Shown piece after piece: positions 17,268-25,392 of a DNA stretch of 64,000 nucleotides. The notes beneath the pieces were generated by a model. It made no database searches. It had not been told where the DNA came from and saw nothing but the letters and a program-made list of their open reading frames with translations. The first letter of the stretch is position 1, and each line of letters starts with the position of its first letter. The DNA is from an uncultured Candidatus Saccharibacteria bacterium (GTDB lineage: Bacteria; Patescibacteriota; Minisyncoccia; UBA6257; 2-01-FULL-56-20): assembly GCA_964360585.1 (NCBI GenBank), contig CAYHXC010000001.1, positions 21,907 through 85,906 on the forward strand, written 5' to 3'. A program made the translations under genes and the position numbers.

Positions 17268-18299
17268 AGTCATTCTATAAGCGGGATTCTGTCCCCCTGT
17301 CCTTAATCGTGAATCAGAGATTTCCTTCCTATGACCAATCAACTTAATTTTATTGACTGGCTCTCCATTCAAGACTAAGGACAGGGGGGACGATCATTTA
17401 TCTGGGCCGGCGATTACTCGCCGGCTCAAGTCCTTCGACTTCGCTCAGGATAAACCCAACTGAAATCGATGAGACTATGCGGCACAAACCAATGCTCCGC
17501 ATTGGAAATACAAAAGAAATCATAAACTCGAAGCACGAAACTCGAAACAATACTGAATGTCCAAAGTTCAAAGGTTTGAAACATTGGGAATTTGTTCGCC
17601 AGTTGGCGAATTGTTTCGGATTTCGATATTCGGATTTCAAATTTCATCTTGTGCTTCCCAGTGCGAAGCACTGGAGTACGACCTTGCACTCAAGTAAGGA
17701 TTTAGCCGTTTCACCCTTCGACTTCGCTCAGGGTAAACCCTTCGATTTTACTCGAAAGCCCCAAGTTTATATGAAGGATCACCCCACTTCGCATAAAGCT
17801 CCGCGGGGCGGTTATATCCTTGCGGATATAACCGTCTCTGCTCGCACCTCTATCCTTCCCTTCAACTACGTTCAGGACTAGTAATCCTGAGTTACATCGA
17901 AGGATTGCGGACGGTGGCCGTTAACCACTACCGACTACGAAACTCTTTTAAGGATTAATCAGTCTTAAAAGAATCCCGTGAGTGTCCCGACTTTCCTCCC
18001 CCTGCCCTTAATCTTCGTTACTCGCCACAATACGTTTCTTTAATTCGCCGTAAGCTGTACTGAATTTTTTGAGCTGTCTTTCTCGTTTCTGAGCATCAGA
18101 CTTTTCGAGATAAGCTTCGTAATAAATCAGTACCCAGGGTTCTCGATATCTTGTTGCCGGAGATAAACCATTCTGATGCTCAGTAAATCTCCTTCGCAAA
18201 TTATCCGTACAACCAATGTACAGCTTACGATCTTTTTTACTTTTCAAAACGTACGTGTAGAACATCGACTAAGGGCGGGGGGCGATCGTCCGAATGACC
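17268..18299 (-). ncRNA. rnpB: RNase P RNA with multiple large insertions (about 1,030 nt)
   Basis: P1 GGTCATTC/GAATGACT; GGACGATCG; GAGGAAAGTCGGGAC (P4 5'); AGAGGTGCGAGCAGAGA; GGTGAAACGGCTAAATCC; GTGCAAG; CTTGAGCCGGCGAGTAATCGCCGGC (P18); AGATAAATGATCG; ACAGAATCCCGCTTAT (P4 3'); promoter and terminator present. Confidence 0.92.
18008..18265 (-). CDS. GIY-YIG nuclease family protein, inside the RNase P P3 loop
   Basis: MFYTYVLKS...LYIGCTDNLRRRFTEH...YYEAY...AQKRERQLK. Confidence 0.88.
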   Translation of the reverse strand: MFYTYVLKSKKDRKLYIGCTDNLRRRFTEHQNGLSPATRYREPWVLIYYEAYLEKSDAQKRERQLKKFSTAYGELKKRIVASNED

Positions 18300-18306
18300 A
18301 TTTAAT

Positions 18307-18333
18307 AGTCTAACATTTTCACACTTTTGTCAA
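18307..18333 (-). promoter_or_regulatory. rnpB promoter
   Basis: TTGACA and extended -10 TGTTAGACT, 7 nt before P1; the spacer is short. Confidence 0.5.
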
Positions 18334-18376
18334 TCCAAGAGAAATAAAAAAGCCAGGAGATGTCTCCTGGCTTGAG

Positions 18377-19057
18377 CTACTGAAAAGTCTTCTGAATTGC
18401 GAGGTTGCCCCCATATCCCATGGGGAAGCTGATATAGGCTTCCGGGAGTAGTGAAAATCCTTTGCCAAGTGGAACTTGCAAACCACCGCTCACTTTCCCT
18501 CCGGGTAAGGCTTGATGGAAATCTTTACTCATTGGCTGACTCGTACCAGCGGCTCCGCCTTCACCCACCGAGACATCGCCACTGAAACCACCTTCAACAT
18601 CAAATCCACCTACACCGATCCGAAAAACGAAGGCTAACTGTCGCCACAGTCTCAAGGTCACTTCAGGACCAATAGTCCCTCCGATCATCCGAGCTTTTGT
18701 TCTTCCTTCGGCTTTTCCGTCGGGAAAAGGAGAGTACTTGGCCGCTGTTTCCCTATCCTTCCACGCCCCATCCCCCGAGACACTGCCGTAGGAAGCTTCA
18801 ACAACTCCGGCTAGGGCCCACCAGTTTCCCTGGAGCACGTAGGCTTTCACTCGAACCGAAGCCGAGTACCCCGACATCGTCGGATACTCATCAATCTTTG
18901 CGATGTCGAAGAACCAGTTAGGGATTTGATTCCACGAGGCATCGATCCCAACACTGAATCTCCCTCCGGCAATCCGTTCCACAACTTGGTTACTGTCCGC
19001 GTGAGCTTGCGAGGAGAGCAAGGCAACCATCAGCCCAACCACCAACCATTGCTTCAT
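18377..19057 (-). CDS. Secreted protein, predicted 8-stranded beta-barrel-like
   Basis: Signal peptide (AHA-D); about eight amphipathic Gly/aromatic strands; near-terminal Phe; GGAGG RBS. Confidence 0.55.
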   Translation of the reverse strand: MKQWLVVGLMVALLSSQAHADSNQVVERIAGGRFSVGIDASWNQIPNWFFDIAKIDEYPTMSGYSASVRVKAYVLQGNWWALAGVVEASYGSVSGDGAWKDRETAAKYSPFPDGKAEGRTKARMIGGTIGPEVTLRLWRQLAFVFRIGVGGFDVEGGFSGDVSVGEGGAAGTSQPMSKDFHQALPGGKVSGGLQVPLGKGFSLLPEAYISFPMGYGGNLAIQKTFQ

Positions 19058-19131
19058 AGAAGCCTCCCTATCTACTCAATTTAGACAACGTTCTGAGAAA
19101 GGAGTCTATAGAAGCCCCGGGGAAAAGTAAA

Positions 19132-19258
19132 CCCCTACACCTAATGAGAAAAATAAAGCAACGTAGCTTTGAGTACAGGAACTATTTACCAATGAGAAAG
19201 TCGCCAATTCTACCAAGTTTTGTCGTTTTAGAACGACTATTTCTTATTAGGTGTGGGG
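19132..19258. mobile_element. IR-bounded hairpin element, family B (CCCCACACCTAATGAG ends)
   Basis: TAAA-CCCCTACACCTAATGAGAA ... TTCTTATTAGGTGTGGGG-TAAA. Confidence 0.65.
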
Positions 19259-19278
19259 TAAAGTCGAAAATGAAGCAC

Positions 19279-19707
19279 CTAACGCTGCGCATCCAATGCC
19301 TGGTTCACCATCTTATCGGCTACTTTATTAAGCTCGCGCGGAATGTGTTTGAACGTTACCTTCTTAAAATCCAAACGTAAATTCCAGATCTCCATAAAAT
19401 ACAGTTGGAGTTTTTCGTCTTCGATCTTATAGATCGCATTCATCTGTTTCACGATCAACTCCGAGTCCATGCGCACCTCGACTTCCGTCTGCTTCGCTTT
19501 CGTTTTCCCGAGAAGTTGTTTGGCTTTTTTAAGCGCAAAAACTAAAGCCAAGTATTCTGCTTGATTATTAGTCATCACCCCCAAATACTCGCCGTATTCT
19601 TTTCCGCCTACCACCGCGCCCAAAGCCGCCGGCCCGGGATTACCTCTACTGCCACCGTCTGTGTAAATTATGAGCTTCGATTCAGTATTAAATAGTTGAG
19701 AGTTCAT
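19279..19707 (-). CDS. rnhA: Ribonuclease HI family protein
   Basis: YTDGGSRGNPGPA; TNNQAEY; DSELIVKQM; HIPRELNKVADK. Confidence 0.92.
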   Translation of the reverse strand: MNSQLFNTESKLIIYTDGGSRGNPGPAALGAVVGGKEYGEYLGVMTNNQAEYLALVFALKKAKQLLGKTKAKQTEVEVRMDSELIVKQMNAIYKIEDEKLQLYFMEIWNLRLDFKKVTFKHIPRELNKVADKMVNQALDAQR

Positions 19708-19709
19708 AA

Positions 19710-20177
19710 TTTATAAATTCGAAATACTAATATCGAAATCCGAAACAATGTTTAAATTCATAAATTCAAATATCATTTTGATTTCTGCAAGATAGCTCCA
19801 AAAATCATCATTAATTCAGTTGATTCTTGGACTAAATCATTCCACTCTTTGACAAGAATAGTATCTATCTGAGTTTCTAACAAATTCAGCCAATATCTGC
19901 TTTCTTTTGCTTCTTTTCGAGAAATTTTAATACGCATCAAAAAATCTTTCTTGCTTAAAGCCTCATTCGCCTCTATATAGTTTGCACCAACAGATCCCGA
20001 AGAACGAACTAATTGCTTAATATCATCAATACTGGCAATACCTTTCGGCAGCTTCTTAACAAAACTTCTTACTTGTTTTGCAAAATCAAATGTTCTTTTC
20101 TCAAGATCATATTGTTTTGTATTTCGTACTTCGCTCATTTGAATTTGTTTCGATTTTCGTGCTTCGAATTTCGTATT
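19710..20177. mobile_element. Four-helix-bundle cassette bounded by heptamer-periodic inverted repeats
   Basis: AAATTCGAAATACTAATATCGAAATCCGAAACAA versus TTGTTTCGATTTTCGTGCTTCGAATTTCGTATTT. Confidence 0.6.
19773..20138 (-). CDS. Four helix bundle protein (23S rRNA intervening-sequence protein family)
   Basis: DLEKRTFDFA; QLVRSSGSVGANYIEA; ISRKEAKESRYWL. Confidence 0.92.
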   Translation of the reverse strand: MSEVRNTKQYDLEKRTFDFAKQVRSFVKKLPKGIASIDDIKQLVRSSGSVGANYIEANEALSKKDFLMRIKISRKEAKESRYWLNLLETQIDTILVKEWNDLVQESTELMMIFGAILQKSK

Positions 20178-20788
20178 TATCTTCCTAAAAGCTTTAGGAA
20201 GATCTGGTAGGTTGTTCTCGCATCATCAATCGCTCGATGCGCTCGTCCGCGATCAACTCCGAAATAATCAGCCATCTCCCGCAAAGAATAACGAGTGATT
20301 GCTGGTTCGTCCCTCAACATAAACCATCCCAAGGTAAATGTATCCAGTGGTTTATAAAAATAGTTGCTCTTCAAACCGTGCTCAAAAAGTGCTTTTTCGA
20401 GATGCAAGATATCTTTAGAAACATTCTGCCCGACCAAAATGACATCCTTGGTATAGCGCAAAAATTCCTGAAGCCCAGCTTTCATTTCCACTCCTTCCTT
20501 GGCCCACTCCTCGGGATCGTAGCCGCTAATCTCCAACCCATGCGGGTCGGCATTTTCAATGTGCTCCGGCTTCAGCTTAATATCTCGCTCGTGCAAAACA
20601 TCAAATGTTCCGGCTTTAACCTTCATCAAGCCTATCTCGGTTAATTCATGATCAAATCGGAGACCGGTAAACTCGCAATCAAAAAAAACGAGATCCCTCT
20701 CTTGCATTAATGGCTCTATTTCTGGAGTTGTGTTGTTTTCACTTAAATCAATATCGGACATGTGCTCATTCTCCCTCTTTTCCTTCAT
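20177..20788 (-). CDS. DEDDh 3'-5' exonuclease
   Basis: FFDCEFTGL; LVGQNVSKD; LDT; AHRAIDDA. Confidence 0.88.
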   Translation of the reverse strand: MKEKRENEHMSDIDLSENNTTPEIEPLMQERDLVFFDCEFTGLRFDHELTEIGLMKVKAGTFDVLHERDIKLKPEHIENADPHGLEISGYDPEEWAKEGVEMKAGLQEFLRYTKDVILVGQNVSKDILHLEKALFEHGLKSNYFYKPLDTFTLGWFMLRDEPAITRYSLREMADYFGVDRGRAHRAIDDARTTYQIFLKLLGR

Positions 20789-20820
20789 TTAGACAACTTC
20801 TGCGTTATAACACTGTTCGC
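20789..20820 (-). pseudogene. Orphan 3'-end remnant (EQCYNAEVV*) of a Cys-rich protein gene
   Basis: GAACAGTGTTATAACGCAGAAGTTGTCTAA encodes the same last nine residues as the 23407..25188 protein. Confidence 0.75.
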
Positions 20821-20853
20821 CCTTCGATATACTCAGGACTTCGGCCTGTTTTT

Positions 20854-22620
20854 TTAGATAACTTCAGCATTGTAACAGGCCTCGCAATACACAATTTCTG
20901 GACGATCTGGGGCGTAAGAGGTTTCAAATGTGTTCGGACAAGAATCGGTTCCGTGAAAATGCGCCGCGGTATTTTTGTACACTTCATTTTTGGAAGTTGG
21001 CCCACCGCAAAGACATTCGCGCGACCAAAGCTGAAACGGATTGCGTAGTAGTGTTCGAGATTTATGACGGCAGAAGAAGCAGCGACGTGGCAAAGGAATC
21101 TGCATCCGTTTATAAAATTGCAGTTCCTGCGGCACAATCCGATAGTTCCGACCACAATCCTTACATGCCAAGATTTCTTTGAGAATATCTTCGTTCACAT
21201 CTCGAATAGCATCCGGAAGATCTTCCGACTGAATCGTTTCCTTTCCAGTCGTGACCGATACTTCCTTTCTCCAGTTAAAGTTTTTCTTCTGGGCCTCATC
21301 CTGAGTCAAGGGGAAATGATCGGTTGCCACGCTTTCGTTATACCCAAAATAAGACAGCTCCGATGGGAAAAATTCTCCGAACTTGTAACTCACGCCATTC
21401 TTGTCAACATACGGCATCTCATCCATGTGCGCTTTAATCTTCGGGAGAAGAGTCTCGTACTCTTCCTTGGAATACTCTTTATTCAAAATACAGTACTTCG
21501 CTTTTTTCAAACCGACACAGCCAAAAACGTTTTCTGACGAATGACAACCGTCCACATAATAGTAATCGCGATTTTTCCAGGAAAAGATCGCAAAGCGGCC
21601 AAGGTAGGTGTTATCTGGAGTGATCCCCTCGTAAGCAAGTTCTAGCTCCCCTCCGACATACAGGTCATAGCAATTCCTGGGAGTATCCGAACTCTCTACA
21701 TATCGAGAGTCTTCGGCTCGCTGAGCCAGGAAACAGTCTTTAGTATTTTTAGCATTTGATAAGTAATCGCCCGTTGAGTTCACCGTGTTTCGAAAGATGG
21801 CAAACTTTCTTGGCATTGTCTGTAGCATTGGAGCAAATTCTTCCTTGGCCCGCTCCATGCCCGAGTATGTATCAAGTGCATATTCCTTTAGAATCTTTTC
21901 GTACTCCTCTTTCGAGTACTGCTTATTTTTGAAACAGTATCGCTTATGCCGCAACCCAACACACATAAAACTGTCCGAACAGTCACGACAGTCGTACATG
22001 AAAGCAGAATCTGAAACTGCTACCGAATAATACACATACTTCGACTGATAGCAGTTCTCAATGAAAATTCCTTCGTACACAAAACTATTTGCATCAACGA
22101 CGTTTAGACAGTCAACTAAATTTTCTCCGCTCACCAGATAGTAACTATACATACAGTCCTCCAACTTCCAGGCGATAAATACCATGTAGCAGTTCTTGGA
22201 TCGGGCAAAATCCTGGTTGTACTCACAGTTCACACTTCCACCTAGTAAGCCGTTATCATTCGCGAGCGCAATGATCGGTACTTGTTGTTGCAACTCTCGG
22301 AACTGGGTAAAAAAAGGTTTCGAGAAATCGTACTCCCGAGCGTAGTCCTTAGGGTCCCATTTATCCGACCACCAACATTTTACACAGTAAACAGTAAGCC
22401 CCGATTCGGGAGAGTAGATGGAAACAGTGCTTTTCTTGCACAAATCACACGGCCGAGAATACAGATTCATATCGTTCCGCCAGGTTAGGCGGCGTTGCTT
22501 ACGACATGCCGGACAAAATGTCGGTGAAGGAACCGCCATCTTTTTGTAGAAATCGAAGTCTTGAGCCTCGATTACAAAAGGGTTCTGACAGTTCTGACAT
22601 TGTTTAGTTTCTAGGGTCAT
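20854..22620 (-). CDS. Large Cys-rich putative zinc-binding protein, paralog 1
   Basis: CQNC, CPAC, CDLC, CVKC, CRDCSD repeats; GEFFP; C-terminal IVYCEACY. Confidence 0.8.
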   Translation of the reverse strand: MTLETKQCQNCQNPFVIEAQDFDFYKKMAVPSPTFCPACRKQRRLTWRNDMNLYSRPCDLCKKSTVSIYSPESGLTVYCVKCWWSDKWDPKDYAREYDFSKPFFTQFRELQQQVPIIALANDNGLLGGSVNCEYNQDFARSKNCYMVFIAWKLEDCMYSYYLVSGENLVDCLNVVDANSFVYEGIFIENCYQSKYVYYSVAVSDSAFMYDCRDCSDSFMCVGLRHKRYCFKNKQYSKEEYEKILKEYALDTYSGMERAKEEFAPMLQTMPRKFAIFRNTVNSTGDYLSNAKNTKDCFLAQRAEDSRYVESSDTPRNCYDLYVGGELELAYEGITPDNTYLGRFAIFSWKNRDYYYVDGCHSSENVFGCVGLKKAKYCILNKEYSKEEYETLLPKIKAHMDEMPYVDKNGVSYKFGEFFPSELSYFGYNESVATDHFPLTQDEAQKKNFNWRKEVSVTTGKETIQSEDLPDAIRDVNEDILKEILACKDCGRNYRIVPQELQFYKRMQIPLPRRCFFCRHKSRTLLRNPFQLWSRECLCGGPTSKNEVYKNTAAHFHGTDSCPNTFETSYAPDRPEIVYCEACYNAEVI

Positions 22621-22731
22621 GGTTTTTGTCCCGACGTTATATTTATAAAAAGAGTGTCGAAGTCGGGATCCTCTATTGTATCTCCTGCGAAACAGGATCT
22701 ATACAATCGGGACAATTCTGGCACTGACGAG

Positions 22732-22806
22732 CTTGCCCTGAGCTTGCTCGCAGTGAGGAGTTCGGCTGAGGCTCACTCGAAGTCCTTGTCAAACCTGTCG
22801 AATGGG
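22732..22806. repeat. Nested REP-like element (reverse copy of 1316-1363 with an extra insert)
   Basis: CTTGCCCTGAGCTTGCTCGCAGTGAG[insert]CTTGTCAAACCTGTCGAATGGG. Confidence 0.65.
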
Positions 22807-22816
22807 TTTCTGAGTT

Positions 22817-22846
22817 CATGTTCTCTTATTCGCGCGAATTAGAGTA
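22817..22846. promoter_or_regulatory. Palindromic site 1 (putative ArsR operator)
   Basis: CATGTTCTCTTATTCGCGCGAATTAGAGTA. Confidence 0.6.
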
Positions 22847-23099
22847 TAGAGATAATTTGTTTTCCTACTGGGTGGGCGGATCCACTAAGCTGGTAAAACA
22901 CCTGCAAACTTTTCTGTTCTCGTTCGACCAGATCACAGGCGGCCAAAATCGTAAGATGTTTGGAGGTCGCTTTGAAAGAAAGATTGATTTCTCCAGCGAT
23001 CTCTCCGACCGTGCCTTGCTTATTATTTTTCAGATATTTCAGCATAGCTAATCGCCGACGGTTGGCTAAAGCTTTTAAAACCTTCTCTAAGTCTTTCAT
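22839..23099 (-). CDS. ArsR/SmtB family transcriptional regulator
   Basis: LKALANRRRLAML; TVGEIA; ATSKHL; REQKSLQVFY. Confidence 0.9.
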   Translation of the reverse strand: MKDLEKVLKALANRRRLAMLKYLKNNKQGTVGEIAGEINLSFKATSKHLTILAACDLVEREQKSLQVFYQLSGSAHPVGKQIISIL

Positions 23100-23116
23100 G
23101 GTTTGCCCCAGTATAC

Positions 23117-23150
23117 CATATTCTTTAATTCGCTCGAATTAGAGAATATG
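23117..23150. promoter_or_regulatory. Palindromic site 2 (putative ArsR operator) next to an extended -10
   Basis: CATATTCTTTAATTCGCTCGAATTAGAGAATATG; TGGTATACT follows on the minus strand. Confidence 0.65.
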
Positions 23151-23405
23151 AAAGTCTTTAAAGTGTTGCAACTCACCTCTTTCTTCAATGACATTTTCCA
23201 CGCGAGCATGCCACGGTCCCCGCCTGGCCCACTTAATTAGTTTTTGAATGGCTTCTTCTTCCCCTTCCGCTTCGATTTTTACCGATCCATCGTTAAGATT
23301 CATCGCGTAACCATGCAAGCCTAGCTCTCTCGCAACTCTCCTCGTCGACTGTCGGAAAGACACACCCTGCACTTTCCCTGAAACAATTAATGTAACGTGC
23401 TCCAT
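23139..23405 (-). CDS. acyP: Acylphosphatase
   Basis: VSGKVQGVSFR; GYAMNLNDGSV; GPWHARV. Confidence 0.92.
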   Translation of the reverse strand: MEHVTLIVSGKVQGVSFRQSTRRVARELGLHGYAMNLNDGSVKIEAEGEEEAIQKLIKWARRGPWHARVENVIEERGELQHFKDFHIL

Positions 23406-23406
23406 A

Positions 23407-25188
23407 CTAGACTACTTCAGCGTTGTAACACTGCTCGCAGTAGATAATCTCCGGTCGATCAGGCGCATGGGAAGTTTCGAACTGATTAGGGCAGGAGTCG
23501 TTTCCATGAAAGTGTTGGACGGTATTGGTATATTTTTTCGAACCTACCCCTTCACACATGCACTTTCTTGACCAGGTTCGGAATGGATTCCTCATCAACA
23601 ACCTCTCATCGAAACGGCAGTTCGGACACAATCTGGGAAGCGGAATGCGAAGTCTGCGATAAAATTCTAATTCAGTCGCTGTAATTCGATAAGCTCCGGG
23701 ACACTGTCCTTGGCACTTTCCTTCATGAGCGCAACCTAATACTTCTTCCGTGACAGAATCAGGAACTTCTTCGATAGTATCCGGTAGATCGTTAAACGTT
23801 TTCGTAATTTGATACTCATACTTCTCTGGCTCTTTATAGAGATAGCCCTTCTTTTCCACTTCTGAGACATTGAGTGGAAATGACTCCTGAGCAGTCGTTA
23901 CGTTATAGCCAAACGGGGAAAGTTCTATCGGGAAAAATTCGCCAAATCGATATGAAGCACCGTTTTTATCGATATAAGGCACACTGTTCATTTGCTCAAT
24001 AATTTCTTGGCGAAGTTTTTTATACTCTTCTTCCGAATACTGTTTATTGAGAATGCAAAACTTTCGCTTCTTAAGACTCACGGTTCCAAAACAATCTTGA
24101 TCTCCGATCGCAAAGATACTGTAATCAACGTTATGAGAATTTGTTAGCGCAAACCAGCTGAAGCGAATACGGGAAGATTGGTTTCCACACTGGAGAGTTT
24201 CATACATGAGGTCGGCAGCAATTCCATAATGAGTAAAATCATAAACGTTTGTCGTTTTCCCAGGAGTGACTAAGGAACAATAGCGGCTATCCTCCATATC
24301 GTTAGCTACGAAACTATTTTTTGTATTTTTACAGTTGTAGATATAGTCCCCTGAAACATTGGATCCATGACGTTCGTGAATAAACTTTTGAGGGAATTTC
24401 TGCCAAGCCTCATGCACTTGGTTTTTTATCTTACTAACGTTGTCGTGCGCATTAAGTCCAAATTCCCTTATTTTGTTTTCATACTCTTCTTTGGAATATG
24501 GTTGGTTAAAAATATGGTAATTCTGATTTCTCAAATTGACACATCCAAAACAATTACTGCAACCAACACAATTCTTAGAAAACCAGACGTCGGTGCATCC
24601 CTCACAATCGAGAGAAAAGTTCGTTCTGTAACATTTTTGACAATTAACATTTTCATAACATAACTCACAGTTATTAATCATGAGATTATCAACGCAATCT
24701 TTACTGCCAGAGTTCATACTGCCATAGAGGCAATTTTCACTTTCATCACTGTGGAAAAGCATATAGCAATTTTTCAGATACGAGGCCATATTCACATAAT
24801 CAGAATTCTCGAGGGTGTGATAGACGCCAAAAAGAGACATCACTGGTGTCTTTTCTAGCAGTTGGCGAAGCTGAATAAAAAATGGTTTTGATGGATCGAA
24901 ATCCGTCCCATAATCAAGACCGTCCCAATCGTCACTCCACCAGCAAGGCCGACAATACACGGTGAGTTTCGAATCCGCGGCAAAAACAGAAATCATAGAT
25001 TTCCCACACTTGTCACACTTCCTTTTATAAAGACCGCGTTCATTTCTCCAAGCAAGACGCCGTTGTAAACGGCACTCCGGACACCAGGTCGGCGGTGGAA
25101 CTTCTATTTTTTTATAAAAATCAAAATCTTCCGGTTCGATCGTGAACTGTTGTTTACAGTTTTGGCAGTTTTTTGTTTCCTGAGTCAT
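23407..25188 (-). CDS. Large Cys-rich putative zinc-binding protein, paralog 2
   Basis: Same architecture as 20854..22620. Confidence 0.8.
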   Translation of the reverse strand: MTQETKNCQNCKQQFTIEPEDFDFYKKIEVPPPTWCPECRLQRRLAWRNERGLYKRKCDKCGKSMISVFAADSKLTVYCRPCWWSDDWDGLDYGTDFDPSKPFFIQLRQLLEKTPVMSLFGVYHTLENSDYVNMASYLKNCYMLFHSDESENCLYGSMNSGSKDCVDNLMINNCELCYENVNCQKCYRTNFSLDCEGCTDVWFSKNCVGCSNCFGCVNLRNQNYHIFNQPYSKEEYENKIREFGLNAHDNVSKIKNQVHEAWQKFPQKFIHERHGSNVSGDYIYNCKNTKNSFVANDMEDSRYCSLVTPGKTTNVYDFTHYGIAADLMYETLQCGNQSSRIRFSWFALTNSHNVDYSIFAIGDQDCFGTVSLKKRKFCILNKQYSEEEYKKLRQEIIEQMNSVPYIDKNGASYRFGEFFPIELSPFGYNVTTAQESFPLNVSEVEKKGYLYKEPEKYEYQITKTFNDLPDTIEEVPDSVTEEVLGCAHEGKCQGQCPGAYRITATELEFYRRLRIPLPRLCPNCRFDERLLMRNPFRTWSRKCMCEGVGSKKYTNTVQHFHGNDSCPNQFETSHAPDRPEIIYCEQCYNAEVV

Positions 25189-25215
25189 ATTCGTTTATTC
25201 GCACGAATTAGAGAA
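25186..25215. promoter_or_regulatory. Palindromic site 3 (putative ArsR operator)
   Basis: CATATTCGTTTATTCGCACGAATTAGAGAA; contains both the arsR stop and the next ATG. Confidence 0.6.
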
Positions 25216-25392
25216 AAGTAAGGATCTGTTTTGCGGCAGGATGGAAATGAGAGCCTAATCGATAAAACACTTGAAGACTTTTTTGTTCTCGCTCCAAAAT
25301 ATCACAAACGGAAAGGATTCCCAAGTGTTTAGACGTGGCTTTGAAAGAAAGTCCGATCTCCCCCGCAATCTCTCCCACAGTTCCTTGTTTAT

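Noticed and set aside
17398-17881. ORFs 17398..17640, 17426..17689 and 17477..17881
   Set aside because: They overlap the RNase P RNA core and repeat inserts and have no protein motifs
17998-18282. Group I or II intron in rnpB
   Set aside because: The ORF fills the whole loop, leaving no sequence for an intron core
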